From Candidatus Microgenomates bacterium (GTDB lineage Bacteria; Patescibacteriota; JACPGU01), in contig JACPGU010000002.1 in NCBI GenBank assembly GCA_016188915.1, positions 11,388 to 75,387 of the forward strand: a DNA stretch of 64,000 nucleotides, written 5' to 3'. A model generated the notes under the pieces. That model was not told the origin of the DNA, searched no databases, and worked only from the letters and a program-made list of their open reading frames with translations. Shown one piece after another: positions 17,926 through 27,134 of the stretch. Each line of letters begins with the position of its first letter. The first letter of the stretch is position 1. The position numbers and the translations under genes are program-made.

Positions 17926-20709
17926 CTAAGAGCATCCTCCTGACGCTTCCCCGCATTGCAGACAGGTCATGCAGGTACCAGAACGAACCATGATACCGCC
18001 GCATTTTTGACAGGCTATCCCCGAAGAAACAGAACTATTGATTTTCTTCTGTGGCTCCTCTACATTCATTATCTCTGAAGAAATATCAGCGACAGCTTCA
18101 TTTTTTGTTTCTGTTTCTTTTTTCTCCAGCATTTCAACATTATCAATAGCCGACATGCCAAATTCAGCTAATTCTTCTGGTTTCAAAAATCTCAGTCCCA
18201 AATATCTGAAAATATAGTCAACTATGCTCGTAGCTATTCTAATATTGGAATTGTCAGTAAAGCCGCTAGGCTCAAAACGAGAATAGACGAATTGTTTGAC
18301 CAATCCTTTCAAAGGTACTCCGTACTGCAGGGCCATGGAAACACTAATAGCAAAAGCATCTAGGAGCCCGGACAGAGTGCTCCCCTGTTTGGCCATTCTA
18401 ATAAAAATCTCTGCCAGGGCCCCATCTTCAAACATACTGTAAGTAATATAGCCCTTATGATCGGCTAAAGAAAATCTATGTGTCTCCGATACTCTGGTAG
18501 AAGGCAATTTGCGACGAGAAGTAGTCGTTGTCAGCCCTAGCCCCAATTGAGAGCTCTCTTTCTTTTTCTTTGCGGAAGACGAAGACAAAGGCTGGGTTGC
18601 CTTGGAGCCATCACGATAAACAGCAAAAGCTTTGACCCCCAATTTCCACGCCATCATATAAGCATCGTAGATTTCTTCTACCGTTGTTTCATTGGCCATA
18701 TTAAATGTCTTGGAAATAGCTCCTGACACAAAAGGCTGCACCGCGCCAACGAGCCGAATGTGCCCTTGCCAACTAATTAGTCTCTTGCCGTTAGCCGGCT
18801 TCGCCGCGCAGTCAAATATCGGCAGATGACGATCTTTGAAATGTGGCGCGCCCTCAATAGTGCCGTTTTCTTCTATGTAGTCAATGATGTCTTTGATCTC
18901 CAGCTCTTTGTAGCCGAGTCGATGCAGAGCCGAATCTACTGATTTGTTGACTATTTTGAGCCAACCCCCACCGACCAATTGTTTCATTTTGACCAACGAA
19001 TAATCCGGTTCAATACCGGTCGTGTCGCAATCCATCATGAAGGCAATGGTCCCAGTGGGAGCGATAACTGTCACTTGCGCGTTGCGAAAGCCATATTTTT
19101 CTCCCTCGGCTATTACTTTGTCCCAAATCTTGGTAGCTTCAATAGCTATCTTTTTATTAGACAAAAATTTTAAATCAATATCTCGAGAGGCAGCTCTGTG
19201 TTTTTCCATTACACGCAACATTGGCTCTCTATTCTCTTCATATCTGTCAAAAGCGCCTATCCGACGAGCAACTTGCGCCGAATAACGGTAAGCTTCTCCT
19301 GACAAAATTGAAGTCAATGCTCCAGCCCAAGCCCGACCTTCATCGGAATCATAAGGAATACCATTAAACATCAGAAAAGCTCCCAAATTGGCAAATCCCA
19401 AGCCTAATTGCCTCATACTCCTGGCATTAGCGCCTATTAATTCTGTTGGATAGCTGGAACCGGCTACCAAAATATCCTGCGCCAAAATAATCACCCTGAT
19501 CGCCTGCAGATAGTCTTCCAGGAGAAATTCTCCGTCTTTACCAACAAATTTCATGAAATTAATAGAGGCGAGATTGCAGGCAGAATTGTCAATGTGCATA
19601 TATTCAGAACAGGGATTAGAAGCATTAATCCTGGCCGTGTTAGGGCAGGTGTGCCAATCATTGATGATGGTATCAAATTGCACCCCAGGATCACCGCATT
19701 CCCAAGCGGCTTGCGCTATTTCTTTGAGTAGTTCCCTGGCATTATATTCATCGGCCACTTCTCCTGTTTTGATAAATTTCGTCTGCCAAACCCCCTCCGA
19801 CTCTACCGCCTTCATGAAGTCGTCAGTAATTCGAACCGAGTTATTGGCATTTTGAAATTGAATAGAACTCCAGGCTTCGTTATTAAGATCGGACATATCA
19901 TATCCAGCATCAGTCAAGGCTCTAATTTTCTGTTCTTCATCCGCTTTGCAACGGATGAATTCCATAATGTCGGGATGATCAATATTCATAATGACCATCT
20001 TGGCGGCGCGTCTAGTTGCGCCACCAGATTTAATCATTCCAGCTACCGCATCCGCCCCACGCATAAAAGATACCGGGCCGGAAGATCTACCTCCTGCCGT
20101 CATTGTTTCTCTTTTTGAACGCAAAGTAGAAAGATTGATACCAGAACCAGAGCCACCCTTGAAAATCATTCCTTCAGTTTTAATCCAATCCAAAATGGAA
20201 GGCATTGTGTCTTCTACCGATAGGATAAAGCAAGCTGAACATTGTGGATGTTCGGAAATTCCAACATTGAACCAGACCGGACTATTGAAAGCTGCCTTTT
20301 GGTAAATAAGCAAATGCGTCAGCTCATCTTCAAATATTTCCCTAGTAGGAGTTTCGAAATAACCATGCTTTTCCCCCCAACTACCGATAGTTTTGACCAC
20401 TCGATCAATCATTTGACGCGCCGATTTCTCGCGCGCCGGTGTCCCCAGCCTACCACGCAAGTACTTGGAAGCCGTAATGTTAATCGCGTTGTCCGACCAA
20501 AAGTCTGGAAATTCAACATCTTTTTGCTCAAAAACTTTTTTTTCTTTACTTCCCACCACCGCGTCTCTTTTCACCCATTTGATTCCCTTGTAGGGATTTT
20601 TCGGTGTTTTGTCGGTGAAATGCCGTTTCAAAGGTATCTCATTTTTTTTGGCATAAGGCATTTTTGTCTTGCCTGCGCTAATCTTGGAAACCGTCTGGAT
20701 AGTGGGCAT
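17926..20709 (-). CDS. nrdJ: Class II (adenosylcobalamin-dependent) ribonucleotide reductase
   Basis: 927 aa; RNR core with C-terminal Zn ribbon CQKCGG..CMTCLQCG. Confidence 0.85.
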   Translation of the reverse strand: MPTIQTVSKISAGKTKMPYAKKNEIPLKRHFTDKTPKNPYKGIKWVKRDAVVGSKEKKVFEQKDVEFPDFWSDNAINITASKYLRGRLGTPAREKSARQMIDRVVKTIGSWGEKHGYFETPTREIFEDELTHLLIYQKAAFNSPVWFNVGISEHPQCSACFILSVEDTMPSILDWIKTEGMIFKGGSGSGINLSTLRSKRETMTAGGRSSGPVSFMRGADAVAGMIKSGGATRRAAKMVIMNIDHPDIMEFIRCKADEEQKIRALTDAGYDMSDLNNEAWSSIQFQNANNSVRITDDFMKAVESEGVWQTKFIKTGEVADEYNARELLKEIAQAAWECGDPGVQFDTIINDWHTCPNTARINASNPCSEYMHIDNSACNLASINFMKFVGKDGEFLLEDYLQAIRVIILAQDILVAGSSYPTELIGANARSMRQLGLGFANLGAFLMFNGIPYDSDEGRAWAGALTSILSGEAYRYSAQVARRIGAFDRYEENREPMLRVMEKHRAASRDIDLKFLSNKKIAIEATKIWDKVIAEGEKYGFRNAQVTVIAPTGTIAFMMDCDTTGIEPDYSLVKMKQLVGGGWLKIVNKSVDSALHRLGYKELEIKDIIDYIEENGTIEGAPHFKDRHLPIFDCAAKPANGKRLISWQGHIRLVGAVQPFVSGAISKTFNMANETTVEEIYDAYMMAWKLGVKAFAVYRDGSKATQPLSSSSAKKKKESSQLGLGLTTTTSRRKLPSTRVSETHRFSLADHKGYITYSMFEDGALAEIFIRMAKQGSTLSGLLDAFAISVSMALQYGVPLKGLVKQFVYSRFEPSGFTDNSNIRIATSIVDYIFRYLGLRFLKPEELAEFGMSAIDNVEMLEKKETETKNEAVADISSEIMNVEEPQKKINSSVSSGIACQKCGGIMVRSGTCMTCLQCGEASGGCS

Positions 20710-20775
20710 GAGCGTATGATTATTAGTATTTATTTTCCCGTTCGTATGTTCGCAATGGTTCGTATGTGTGTAGTC

Positions 20776-21225
20776 TTAGTCTTTTTCCAATCTCTGTATT
20801 TCTTTTTCAAAAGCCTTCGTACTCCTGAAATTCCTATATATTGAAGCAAATCGGAGATAGGCCACTTTGTCTAATTGCCTCAAATGTTCCAAGACAATGC
20901 GACCAATTTGTTCGGAAGCGACTATTTCTTTGCGCAGATTCATCAAATCGTTTTCTATCATAAACATCAATCTCTGAAACTGCTCTTCATTAATTGGTCT
21001 TTTTTCTAAAGCCTTTCTTAAACCGCTCTCCAATTTGTGCCGGTAATATGGCTGGGTGACACCTCTTCTTTTGGCTACTCTCAAATCTACCAAGGTCACT
21101 TTTTCGTAAGTAGTAAATCGCTGGCCACATTTCAAACATTCCCGCCGCCTTTTAATAGCTCGCCCCTCTTCGGCGAGGCGAGAATTGGTCACTCTGGTAA
21201 TGGATTTACAAATGGGACAGTTCAT
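20776..21225 (-). CDS. nrdR: Transcriptional repressor NrdR
   Basis: MNCPICKS...CLKCGQRF zinc ribbon plus ATP-cone; the ORF track starts 6 codons earlier (MTLLSK). Confidence 0.85.
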   Translation of the reverse strand: MNCPICKSITRVTNSRLAEEGRAIKRRRECLKCGQRFTTYEKVTLVDLRVAKRRGVTQPYYRHKLESGLRKALEKRPINEEQFQRLMFMIENDLMNLRKEIVASEQIGRIVLEHLRQLDKVAYLRFASIYRNFRSTKAFEKEIQRLEKD

Positions 21226-21247
21226 TTTGCTTAGTAAAGTCAAAATA

Positions 21248-21276
21248 ATAAGCTATAATACAATTTGTAGTATAGC
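21248..21276. promoter_or_regulatory. 27-bp near-palindrome AGCTATAATACAATTTGTAGTATAGCT just upstream of nrdR (candidate operator)
   Basis: Read directly. Confidence 0.35.
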
Positions 21277-21362
21277 TACATATTAAAGTATACAAACATA
21301 TCCTTAGGCATTTATATTTTATCACTTCGTTTTTCGCCCGCAATAGGATTTTTTAGAAAAAA

Positions 21363-21389
21363 TAAAAAACGGCTACAAAGCCGTTTTTT
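21363..21389. terminator. Bidirectional rho-independent terminator aaaaaacggct-acaa-agccgtttttt
   Basis: Perfect stem with A- and T-runs; lies after the minus-strand tRNA cluster. Confidence 0.7.
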
Positions 21390-21562
21390 GAAATGCTCGA
21401 GGAGAGAACTCGCCCTCGACTCTCACCTCTCCGTCGCTCGGTTCGGTCTGGGCACCGCCTCACTCATTTTTCTGGTGAAAAATTTCGCTCCGGTGTTCTC
21501 GCCCTCTTCTATACTTTTTTTCATAAATAAACAATCCTTTGGGATTATTTATTTATGAAAAA

Positions 21563-21644
21563 TGCCCAGGAGAGGACTCGAACCTCCAAACCTTTCGGTA
21601 CATGGTCCTAAGCCATGCGCGTATACCAATTCCGCCACCTGGGC
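21563..21644 (-). tRNA. tRNA-Leu (anticodon TAG), long variable arm
   Basis: Acceptor GCCCAGG/CCTGGGC; anticodon stem CATGG-CTTAGGA-CCATG; T-arm GGAGGTTCGAGTCCTC. Confidence 0.85.
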
Positions 21645-21724
21645 ATATCGTTGCCAAAATACATTAAATATCAAAGCACTTCAGACAAAAGTATATTGAA
21701 CCCGCTTCATCAAAAAATATATGG

Positions 21725-21776
21725 GGAAGCGGGTGAAATCCCGCCCCCAAGGCGGGACCAATTCCGCCACCTGGGC
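21725..21776 (-). repeat. Partial duplicate of the tRNA-Leu(TAG) 5' end (19 nt identical) followed by hairpin CCCGCC-TTGGG-GGCGGG + TTT
   Basis: ccaattccgccacctgggc occurs at 21626-21644 and 21758-21776. Confidence 0.7.
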
Positions 21777-21889
21777 TTGTTTTTGAATCATGAGTTATGA
21801 ATTAAGAAGTGCGGATTATGAATCATACTTTCTATATGATCCATGACTCGTAATTCACGACCCATATTTTATAACTTATAATTCATAAA

Positions 21890-21971
21890 TGCTCGAGAGA
21901 GGATTTGAACCTCCAACCCTTGCGGGATACGCTTCTGAAGCGTACGCGTATACCAGTTCCGCCACTCGAGC
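21890..21971 (-). tRNA. tRNA-Leu (anticodon CAG), long variable arm
   Basis: Acceptor GCTCGAG/CTCGAGC; anticodon stem TACGC-TTCAGAA-GCGTA; T-arm GGAGGTTCAAATCCTCT. Confidence 0.85.
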
Positions 21972-22002
21972 TTGATTTTCCCTAACATCTGAAAACTAAT
22001 CG

Positions 22003-22662
22003 CTATACGCTGATTTGCGATTTTATCTTTTCAAAAAGCGCCTCGCCAATCCCCTTAACTTTTTTTAAATCTTCTATTATCTCAAAGCCATTATTAGCCT
22101 GCCGCCAGTCAATTATTCTTTGTCCAATGGCCGGCCCTATCCCAGGTAAGGAATCTAGTTGAGAGAGATCGGCTGTATTAATATTTATTAATCTTGCGCC
22201 CCCATCAACCGTCTGGCCTGATGCTTCAAGCGACAGGTACCCAGAACCATTTCCAGAGATTACCATTTCGGAATTTGCGTCGGATAAAGTAAAAATATAA
22301 ATTTTGCTATTATTGCCGATAATAGCCGCCTGATTTATCTCTCTGACTATCCGAAAACGATCAGCTATGCTGGACAATCCACCCGCTTTTTCTATCGCGT
22401 CAGCTATAACACTACCGCTGTTCAAACGATAAACACCTGGTTTCTCTACGCCTCCTTCAATATCAAAAACTATTTTCTGACTGGAAATATTTTGCTTTTC
22501 AGTGGAGACAAAATCTTCTGATGTTATTATTTTGCCCTGTGTTTGATTGGCGCCCCAAATCATCACAGCGCCTCCCCAGAGAAGTAAAATCAAAATCATA
22601 CCCAAACCAATAGACAATCTATATTTTTCAAAAAAAGCTGTAATTATCGCCCGACTAATCAT
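22003..22662 (-). CDS. comEA: ComEA-family DNA-binding protein (helix-hairpin-helix)
   Basis: C-terminal ININTADLSQLDSLPGIGPAIGQRIIDWR...GIGEALFEKI. Confidence 0.75.
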   Translation of the reverse strand: MISRAIITAFFEKYRLSIGLGMILILLLWGGAVMIWGANQTQGKIITSEDFVSTEKQNISSQKIVFDIEGGVEKPGVYRLNSGSVIADAIEKAGGLSSIADRFRIVREINQAAIIGNNSKIYIFTLSDANSEMVISGNGSGYLSLEASGQTVDGGARLININTADLSQLDSLPGIGPAIGQRIIDWRQANNGFEIIEDLKKVKGIGEALFEKIKSQISV

Positions 22663-22671
22663 AAAAAATTG

Positions 22672-23220
22672 CTATATTTTTTGCCAAATTGCCACATGGC
22701 TATCACCATAGGTGCGATCTTCAAGCAACCTTAAAATATCTATTTTAGGGATAGCTACTCGACTACTTGATTCTAGCACAAAAACGCCATCTTTGGCTAG
22801 AATATCGGCTACTAATTCTATTTTTTGTAAGTCAAAGTCATAATACGGTGGATCGGCGAAAACAAGATCGTATTTCTGCAGAGACAAAGCATGCTTTGTC
22901 TCTGCCATAAATTTATCATAACTCATACTTCGTACTTCATAATTCGTAAAACCAAAGGTTTCCATGGCCAACTTAACATCTCTTATCGAACCCCTATCTC
23001 TATCGACAAAAGTAACTGTCCCCGCTCCTCTTGAAATCGCTTCTATCCCATACATCCCGCTTCCCGCAAAAAGATCGACAACTTTTATATTTTCAAAATC
23101 CACCATATTTCCCAGGATATTAAAAACCGCCATTCGCACTTTTTCCGAAGTCGTTCTTCTGCCCTTGCGTTCTCGGTAAGAGACTTGCCTACCCTGAAAT
23201 TGTCCGCCTGTAATTTTCAT
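22672..23220 (-). CDS. rsmD: 16S rRNA (guanine966-N2)-methyltransferase RsmD, with an in-frame palindromic insertion
   Basis: VDLFAGSGMYGIEAISRGA...FADPPY; insertion at 22878-22905 encodes ETKHALSLQ. Confidence 0.8.
   Translation of the reverse strand: MKITGGQFQGRQVSYRERKGRRTTSEKVRMAVFNILGNMVDFENIKVVDLFAGSGMYGIEAISRGAGTVTFVDRDRGSIRDVKLAMETFGFTNYEVRSMSYDKFMAETKHALSLQKYDLVFADPPYYDFDLQKIELVADILAKDGVFVLESSSRVAIPKIDILRLLEDRTYGDSHVAIWQKI
22878..22905. repeat. Palindromic element family A (GCAGAGACAAAGCATGCTTTGTCTCTGC), in-frame in rsmD
   Basis: Perfect 28-bp palindrome; related copies at 23838, 24918 and 40110. Confidence 0.75.
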
Positions 23221-23253
23221 CTTATTTTCTTATTTTCTTAATTTCTTATCTCC

Positions 23254-25458
23254 CTATTCCCAATGTTTAATGGTATTTATCTCCTCTATTTTTTCTTTCA
23301 GTTTATCATATTTTTCCAAACCTTCATCAATTATAGTCTGCGCCTCTGCGCGAGCCAATTTAATCAAGGATTGGTCCCAGAGATTGGCAATTTTTAATTG
23401 CGGGAATCCTGACTGCTCCGCGCCCCAAAATTCACCCGGACCACGGTTTTTCAAGTCAAACTCGGCTAGCTCAAATCCTGAATTCGTCCCCGCAAATTTT
23501 TTCAATCTCTCTATCGCTTCGGGATTTCTGCTTTCAGAAAAAACCAAACAATAGGCTTGCCTCTCACCTCGCCCCACTCGTCCGCGAAATTGGTGGAGTT
23601 GCGCCAGCCCAAATCTGTCAGCGTTTTCCACTACCATAATGTTCGCATTGGGTATATCGATCCCCACTTCAATCACGGAAGTGGAAACGAGGATTTGTGT
23701 TTTTTTGTTTTTGAAGTCTTGGAGAATTTTTTCTTTTTCTTCTGACTTTATTCTGCCATGTAAAAAAGCTATCTGAAAATCTGGAAATATTTTTTTTAAT
23801 CTTTCCGCCTCTTCCATCACCGTCCTGCGGTCATCCTGTAGAGACGAAGCATGCTTCGTCTCTACAAAATCCGAATTCTTGTTTTCTTGCTTACTTGTTT
23901 TTCCCGCCTCTATATTCAATCTTATTGTATGGCAGGACCTCGCCAAAGGCGGTGGCTTGTTTTCTCGACTAATCAACGAACATACCACAAACACTTGCCC
24001 TCCCTCCTTCACTTTCTCCGCGATGAATTCGTAGGCCTTCTTCCTCTTCGTCCCATCCACAAATCGCGAAACAATCGGTTTCCTGCCTTTTGGCAATTCG
24101 TCAATAATGGAAATATCCAAGTCGCCATAAAGAGTTAGGGCAAGCGACCTCGGGATAGGTGTCGCCGTCATAGAGAGAAAATGTGGTGTCAAATTTTTAA
24201 GGCCAGATTTTTCTTTCAAAATTTTTCTTTGCTCCACGCCAAAACGATGTTGCTCATCCACGATGACCAGGCCAATTTTTTTGTATTTAACTTTTTTTGA
24301 AAACAGGGCGTGAGTACCGATGATAATATCAGATTGAAGATTGAAGATTTTAGATTTAGGATTTTCAATTTTTCCCTGAATCCTGAATCCTGAATCCTGA
24401 ATCCTACCTGTAATCAAGCTCACGCTTACGCCAAACTCGCTCAATAATTTAGAAATAGTCTCATAATGTTGTTGCGCCAAGATCTCCGTCGGACACATAA
24501 TCACAGACTGATAACCCGCGTCATGCGCCATCAGACAAGTGGTAGCGGCCACCAGCGTCTTGCCACTGCCAACATCTCCCTCTAGCAATCTATTCATTGG
24601 GTTTTCCTTTTCTATATCCTGCAATATCTCCCACAGAGATTTCTTCTGTGAAAGCGTCATTTCAAAGGGCAAAGTGGCGAGAAACTTCTTTGTTAATTCT
24701 AGATTGAATTTGATTTTTGGCGCCTTAAATTTCTCTAGCTCTTTTTTTTGGGACAAAAGTGAAAGCTGAATCAGAAATATCTCGTCGAAACCGAGACGAC
24801 GGCGCGCTTCAACTAACAATTCCCGACTAGAAGGGAAATGGATCTCGCGCAAAGCATCAGCCAGAGGGAGAAAGTCGTTTCTTTTAATAATGTCTAGAGG
24901 CAAGTATTCAGGTATTTGCAGAGACGAAACATGCTCTGTCTTTGTGAAAAACGGGTAGATAATTTTCCTCAAAAATTTTGAATTCAAACCATCTGTTTGA
25001 GAATAAATAGGGATAATCCCTCTGGTATGGATTAAATCTGCTTCTTCTTCCAATTTTTCCACCATTGGATTATTGAATTGCAAACCCCTCCTCCCAAAAC
25101 CAATTTTGCCACTTAAAATTATTTGGTCCCCTATTTTAAGGTTATTGGTAATATATGGCTGATTAAACCAGATAGCGCTGACTGTGCTTTCTCCGTCTGA
25201 CACTGCCATAGTGGTAATACTCATCCGGCGTCTTTTCCAGGCTTTTTTTGTGCCCAAATCCCAGATTTGGCCACGAATCGTCCCACTTTCGCCATTTTTT
25301 AGCTCTTTTATGGTTTTTATATGTGAAAAATCCTCCCACCTGCGAGGAAAATGATAGACTAAATCTTTTATTATCTCCACGCCTAATTTCTTGAATCTTT
25401 CGGTTGTCTTCATCCCTACGCCAGGCAGTTGGAAGATAGGTGTCTCCAGGTTTAGCAT
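23254..25458 (-). CDS. recG: ATP-dependent DNA helicase RecG (contains two palindromic insertions and a heptanucleotide repeat)
   Basis: Wedge/helicase motifs: [28 protein letters not shown]. Confidence 0.9.
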   Translation of the reverse strand: MLNLETPIFQLPGVGMKTTERFKKLGVEIIKDLVYHFPRRWEDFSHIKTIKELKNGESGTIRGQIWDLGTKKAWKRRRMSITTMAVSDGESTVSAIWFNQPYITNNLKIGDQIILSGKIGFGRRGLQFNNPMVEKLEEEADLIHTRGIIPIYSQTDGLNSKFLRKIIYPFFTKTEHVSSLQIPEYLPLDIIKRNDFLPLADALREIHFPSSRELLVEARRRLGFDEIFLIQLSLLSQKKELEKFKAPKIKFNLELTKKFLATLPFEMTLSQKKSLWEILQDIEKENPMNRLLEGDVGSGKTLVAATTCLMAHDAGYQSVIMCPTEILAQQHYETISKLLSEFGVSVSLITGRIQDSGFRIQGKIENPKSKIFNLQSDIIIGTHALFSKKVKYKKIGLVIVDEQHRFGVEQRKILKEKSGLKNLTPHFLSMTATPIPRSLALTLYGDLDISIIDELPKGRKPIVSRFVDGTKRKKAYEFIAEKVKEGGQVFVVCSLISRENKPPPLARSCHTIRLNIEAGKTSKQENKNSDFVETKHASSLQDDRRTVMEEAERLKKIFPDFQIAFLHGRIKSEEKEKILQDFKNKKTQILVSTSVIEVGIDIPNANIMVVENADRFGLAQLHQFRGRVGRGERQAYCLVFSESRNPEAIERLKKFAGTNSGFELAEFDLKNRGPGEFWGAEQSGFPQLKIANLWDQSLIKLARAEAQTIIDEGLEKYDKLKEKIEEINTIKHWE
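23838..23865. repeat. Palindromic element family A (GTAGAGACGAAGCATGCTTCGTCTCTAC), in-frame in recG (ETKHASSLQ)
   Basis: Perfect 28-bp palindrome. Confidence 0.75.
24376..24403. repeat. Heptanucleotide microsatellite (CTGAATC)x4 inside recG coding sequence
   Basis: Encodes [17 protein letters not shown]; unit length not divisible by 3. Confidence 0.8.
24918..24947. repeat. Degenerate family A palindrome (gcagagacgaaacatgctctgtctttgtg), in-frame in recG
   Basis: Shares the AGAGAC..GCATGC core; right arm decayed. Confidence 0.5.
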
Positions 25459-26032
25459 ACCTGCATTCTATCACAAAAATTGGTAATGGATTAGCAATAA
25501 TTAATGTTTTTTGATAAAGGGCTTGACAGGGCTATTTTCTTGTGCTAAATTAATATTCGTACCCTAAAAAATAGCAGAGAAAATGGCTTAAGAGAGAGAA
25601 AAATGGGTGTATCTCTACCCCTTTATAGGGACCCCCCGTTAATTCGGGTCATACACCCATCTTTCTCCCTCCAAAGCCCTCCTTTCCTTGATTTTTCAAG
25701 AAAAGGTATCAACTCGCTTGGGGGCTAGACGCCTATTTTACAAAAAATAGGGTCCCGCTCTTTCAAAAGCGGGTTGTCTCGAGGGAACGCTCCAAAAGAG
25801 CCGGAATAGAACCGGAAAACACCTTCTTTTTAGAACTGTTTTCTTTATTCCGCTCTTTGGCGGAAAGATCGCTCCGGCGATGCGTTCTAATCCTTTGCTT
25901 TCAAAAGAGCACTAAAAAGCGGATCTGAGAAAAGTGTAGAGGTCAGACGACCTTATTTAGACCTCCCGGTCTTCACGTTTGGTCTTTTGGCCAAGCTACA
26001 CTCTATCTTTTCCGCTTTTTTTTACAAAATTA

Positions 26033-26061
26033 TTGACTTTTCTATAAATTTATAGTATAAT
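26033..26061 (+). promoter_or_regulatory. Consensus sigma70-type promoter TTGACT-N17-TATAAT
   Basis: ttgacttttctataaatttatagtataat; followed by palindrome TGGCCTAGCCA and SD AAGGGAGG 7 nt before ATG 26121. Confidence 0.65.
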
Positions 26062-26120
26062 GGTAGAAGTGGCCTAGCCACTATTAAAAATTTGTCAAAA
26101 ACCAAAAGGGAGGTTTTTTC

Positions 26121-27044
26121 ATGAAAAAGATGGTTGCGCTGTTTCTTTTGATGGCCACGATGGCTATCACGGATCTGTCCCCCGTTTGGGCAGGTGAACT
26201 GCAGGTGGAGGTACAAAAGCTTTCCACCGCGAGCAATCCACCCCTGCATCGGCTCGCCGTCTTGAAGACGGACATCGAGCAGATGGATCGAATCCTGGCG
26301 GAGACGACCGAAATCAGGGAAAATATTTTTCAGGTCTCCCTGACCGCCGAGAAGGAAAACATCCGACTGACCGGACTCTCCCTCTTGCTTCCGAACCTGG
26401 ACCGGTCGGGAAATTTCCGCGAAGACGGACTGACCAATCTCGAGGAGGCCGAGCTTTATCTCGGCACCGAGCTGGAAGTCTCCGTCGACCGAAAAACCGG
26501 GCTGATTTCGACCAACAAGGTCGGCACCGCTCTGCCCAAGGACAACACCATCTCTTGGGGACTGGATATGCTCGTTCCGGCCGGCAAAACTATCTCTCTG
26601 TTCGTTTCGGGAAAATTTTCCGAAACTTACGCGGAAACAGGGAAAAATTCCTGGCCACCGGCGGTTCAACTTTTGAGCCTGACCGCCGAGAATATCGACG
26701 GCCAACCGGCGGAAGTCAATTTCTCTTCCCGCCTCCCCGATGAAGGAGTGAAGTTGGAGAGAAACCTTCTACCGGCACCGGATAACTCCGGCCGAGCACT
26801 GATTCGGGTGAAAAATTCCGACCCGATCAGCATCGAGCCGGGGATGACATTGGAAATCGGCCATGAAATCATGGTCGTGGCCAAATGCCATACCGCCTGC
26901 GCCGCTCCGGAAACCGAGCTGGAGGTCATTCGCGGAGACAACCGCGAGATGCCCCTTTTCGGAACGATGACATCCCCGCACTACGCGGGCGAGAAGGTCG
27001 AAGTCTACGACCTCCGCCCCCATCCACAAGCTCCCACGATCTAG
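26121..27044 (+). CDS. Secreted protein of unknown function, compositionally foreign (GC ~55%)
   Basis: Signal peptide MKKMVALFLLMATMAITDLSPVWAGE; GC-rich codons (ctg/gcc/ggc) unlike neighbours; strong SD. Confidence 0.6.
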   Translation: MKKMVALFLLMATMAITDLSPVWAGELQVEVQKLSTASNPPLHRLAVLKTDIEQMDRILAETTEIRENIFQVSLTAEKENIRLTGLSLLLPNLDRSGNFREDGLTNLEEAELYLGTELEVSVDRKTGLISTNKVGTALPKDNTISWGLDMLVPAGKTISLFVSGKFSETYAETGKNSWPPAVQLLSLTAENIDGQPAEVNFSSRLPDEGVKLERNLLPAPDNSGRALIRVKNSDPISIEPGMTLEIGHEIMVVAKCHTACAAPETELEVIRGDNREMPLFGTMTSPHYAGEKVEVYDLRPHPQAPTI

Positions 27045-27070
27045 GAGAGCAAAAAAGTTGAGTTGAACTA

Positions 27071-27100
27071 AAAGGCCACCCAAAAGGTGGCCTTTTTCTT
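27071..27100 (+). terminator. Strong rho-independent terminator GGCCACC-caaaa-GGTGGCC-TTTTT
   Basis: Read directly. Confidence 0.75.
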
Positions 27101-27134
27101 ATTTAATTTCTTATTTTCTTAGTTTTTTAATTTC

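Noticed and set aside
21398-21470. Possible third tRNA (shares tgctcgag 3' end with tRNA-Leu(CAG))
   Set aside because: I could not fold it into a cloverleaf with acceptable acceptor, D or T arms. It is kept only as a candidate ncRNA or pseudogene.
21615-21800. 61-aa plus-strand ORF
   Set aside because: It spans the tRNA-Leu gene and its partial duplicate. Its internal FRHLG repeat is just the duplicated tRNA fragment translated.
24376-24403. CRISPR array (tandem short repeats here and at 40495, 60828, 28350, 48733)
   Set aside because: The units are 7-9 nt microsatellites without spacers, and most lie inside coding sequence. None has a CRISPR repeat-spacer architecture.
25163-25474. 103-aa ORF overlapping the 5' end of recG
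   Set aside because: It lies in a different frame of the recG coding sequence and has no independent signals.
26022-26705. 227-aa minus-strand ORF (and other ORFs 26666-27083) inside the GC-rich region
   Set aside because: They are antisense to the well-supported plus-strand secreted-protein gene. Long spurious ORFs are expected in GC-rich DNA.
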